Below, piece after piece: positions 63,330-64,000 of a stretch of 64,000 nucleotides of DNA (its first letter is position 1; each line of letters begins with the position of its first letter). A program made the position numbers and the translations under genes. The stretch lies in the NCBI RefSeq assembly GCF_036971445.1, contig NC_091477.1:122698001-122762000 (forward strand), given 5' to 3'. The DNA is from Narcine bancroftii (Eukaryota). The notes below the pieces were generated by a model that saw only the letters and a list, made by a program, of their open reading frames with translations, made no database searches and had not been told where the DNA came from.

Positions 63330-63510
63330 TTAAAAATTTAGACATGCACCACAGTAGCCAGCCATTTCGGCCCCTGGGCCTGTGACGCCTAATAAACCTT
63401 CGACCCCGGTACGTTTTGAACTGTGGGGGCAGAGACGCGTGTAGAATGTACAAACTCCTACAGTCAGCGTAGGATTTGAACCTCGGTCTCCAGTGCTGGC
63501 ACTGTTTTTA
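63330..63510 (-). mobile_element. HE1-like V-SINE (degenerate); similar copies at about 41385-41550 and 54230-54420
   Basis: AAAAATTTAGACAT tail, AGAATGTACAAACTCC core and GGATTTGAACC B box. Confidence 0.7.
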
Positions 63511-64000
63511 AAGACTTTGTTAATTTCCCTACTCTATGCCCCCCTCCCCACCCCACCCCATGTTATTCTGCACTTTAATCCAGTTTTAGCCATACCAGCA
63601 TTGAGGACTCTGAGGTGGACATCAGCAGTATGATGTAATGCTCCACCATCTAAAGAACATTGTCCCTCACTCACTTGTGCACGGTGGCTATGGATGTCAA
63701 GCATCAGAGTAGCACTTTCTTGTGACCTCAGTTTTGCTTTTCTGAAATTCGTCGAGTTACTGTACGGTTGAACAGTGGTTTAAGGCGTAGAACATTCCTT
63801 CAGCCCCTGATGTTCTGTTGACCTAGGAATACGACTCTGCAACAACCTAATTTTTCAGCCTTGTGTACAATAGCTGAAGTGTGGTCTCACTGAAGCCTTG
63901 TTTTCACACATGCAATAAAAGTCAATGTGCTTCTTGGCTGTTGCTTTCAGTGATTTGTACAAGGCACTCATCAACATTTCAGAATCTTCGACCGTTTAAA

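Overview
Eukaryotic genomic DNA from a cartilaginous fish, probably a ray. This is inferred from the repeat content: many HE1-like tRNA-derived V-SINE copies plus CR1, L1/Tx1, Rex-Babar, RTE and Penelope fragments, LTRs, hAT MITEs and minisatellites. Three host genes are supported. (1) A group-B scavenger-receptor cysteine-rich (SRCR) gene on the minus strand, with two one-domain exons, running off the left edge. (2) A complete five-exon PHF23 (PHD finger) gene on the minus strand, CDS 60584 to 45578, 356 aa, with a CpG-island promoter and a long repeat-free 3' UTR. (3) An intact ORF at 32150-33232 (+) encoding a lambda-exonuclease/YqaJ viral-recombinase-family PD-(D/E)XK nuclease. It has a splice acceptor in front and no transposase, TIRs or viral genes nearby. 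This apparently domesticated phage/transposon-type exonuclease is the most interesting element. An orphan 150-aa ORF at 20948-21400 may belong to a further plus-strand gene. Most short ORFs in the track are repeat-derived or spurious. All calls come from reading motifs by eye; no searches were run, and repeat boundaries are approximate.
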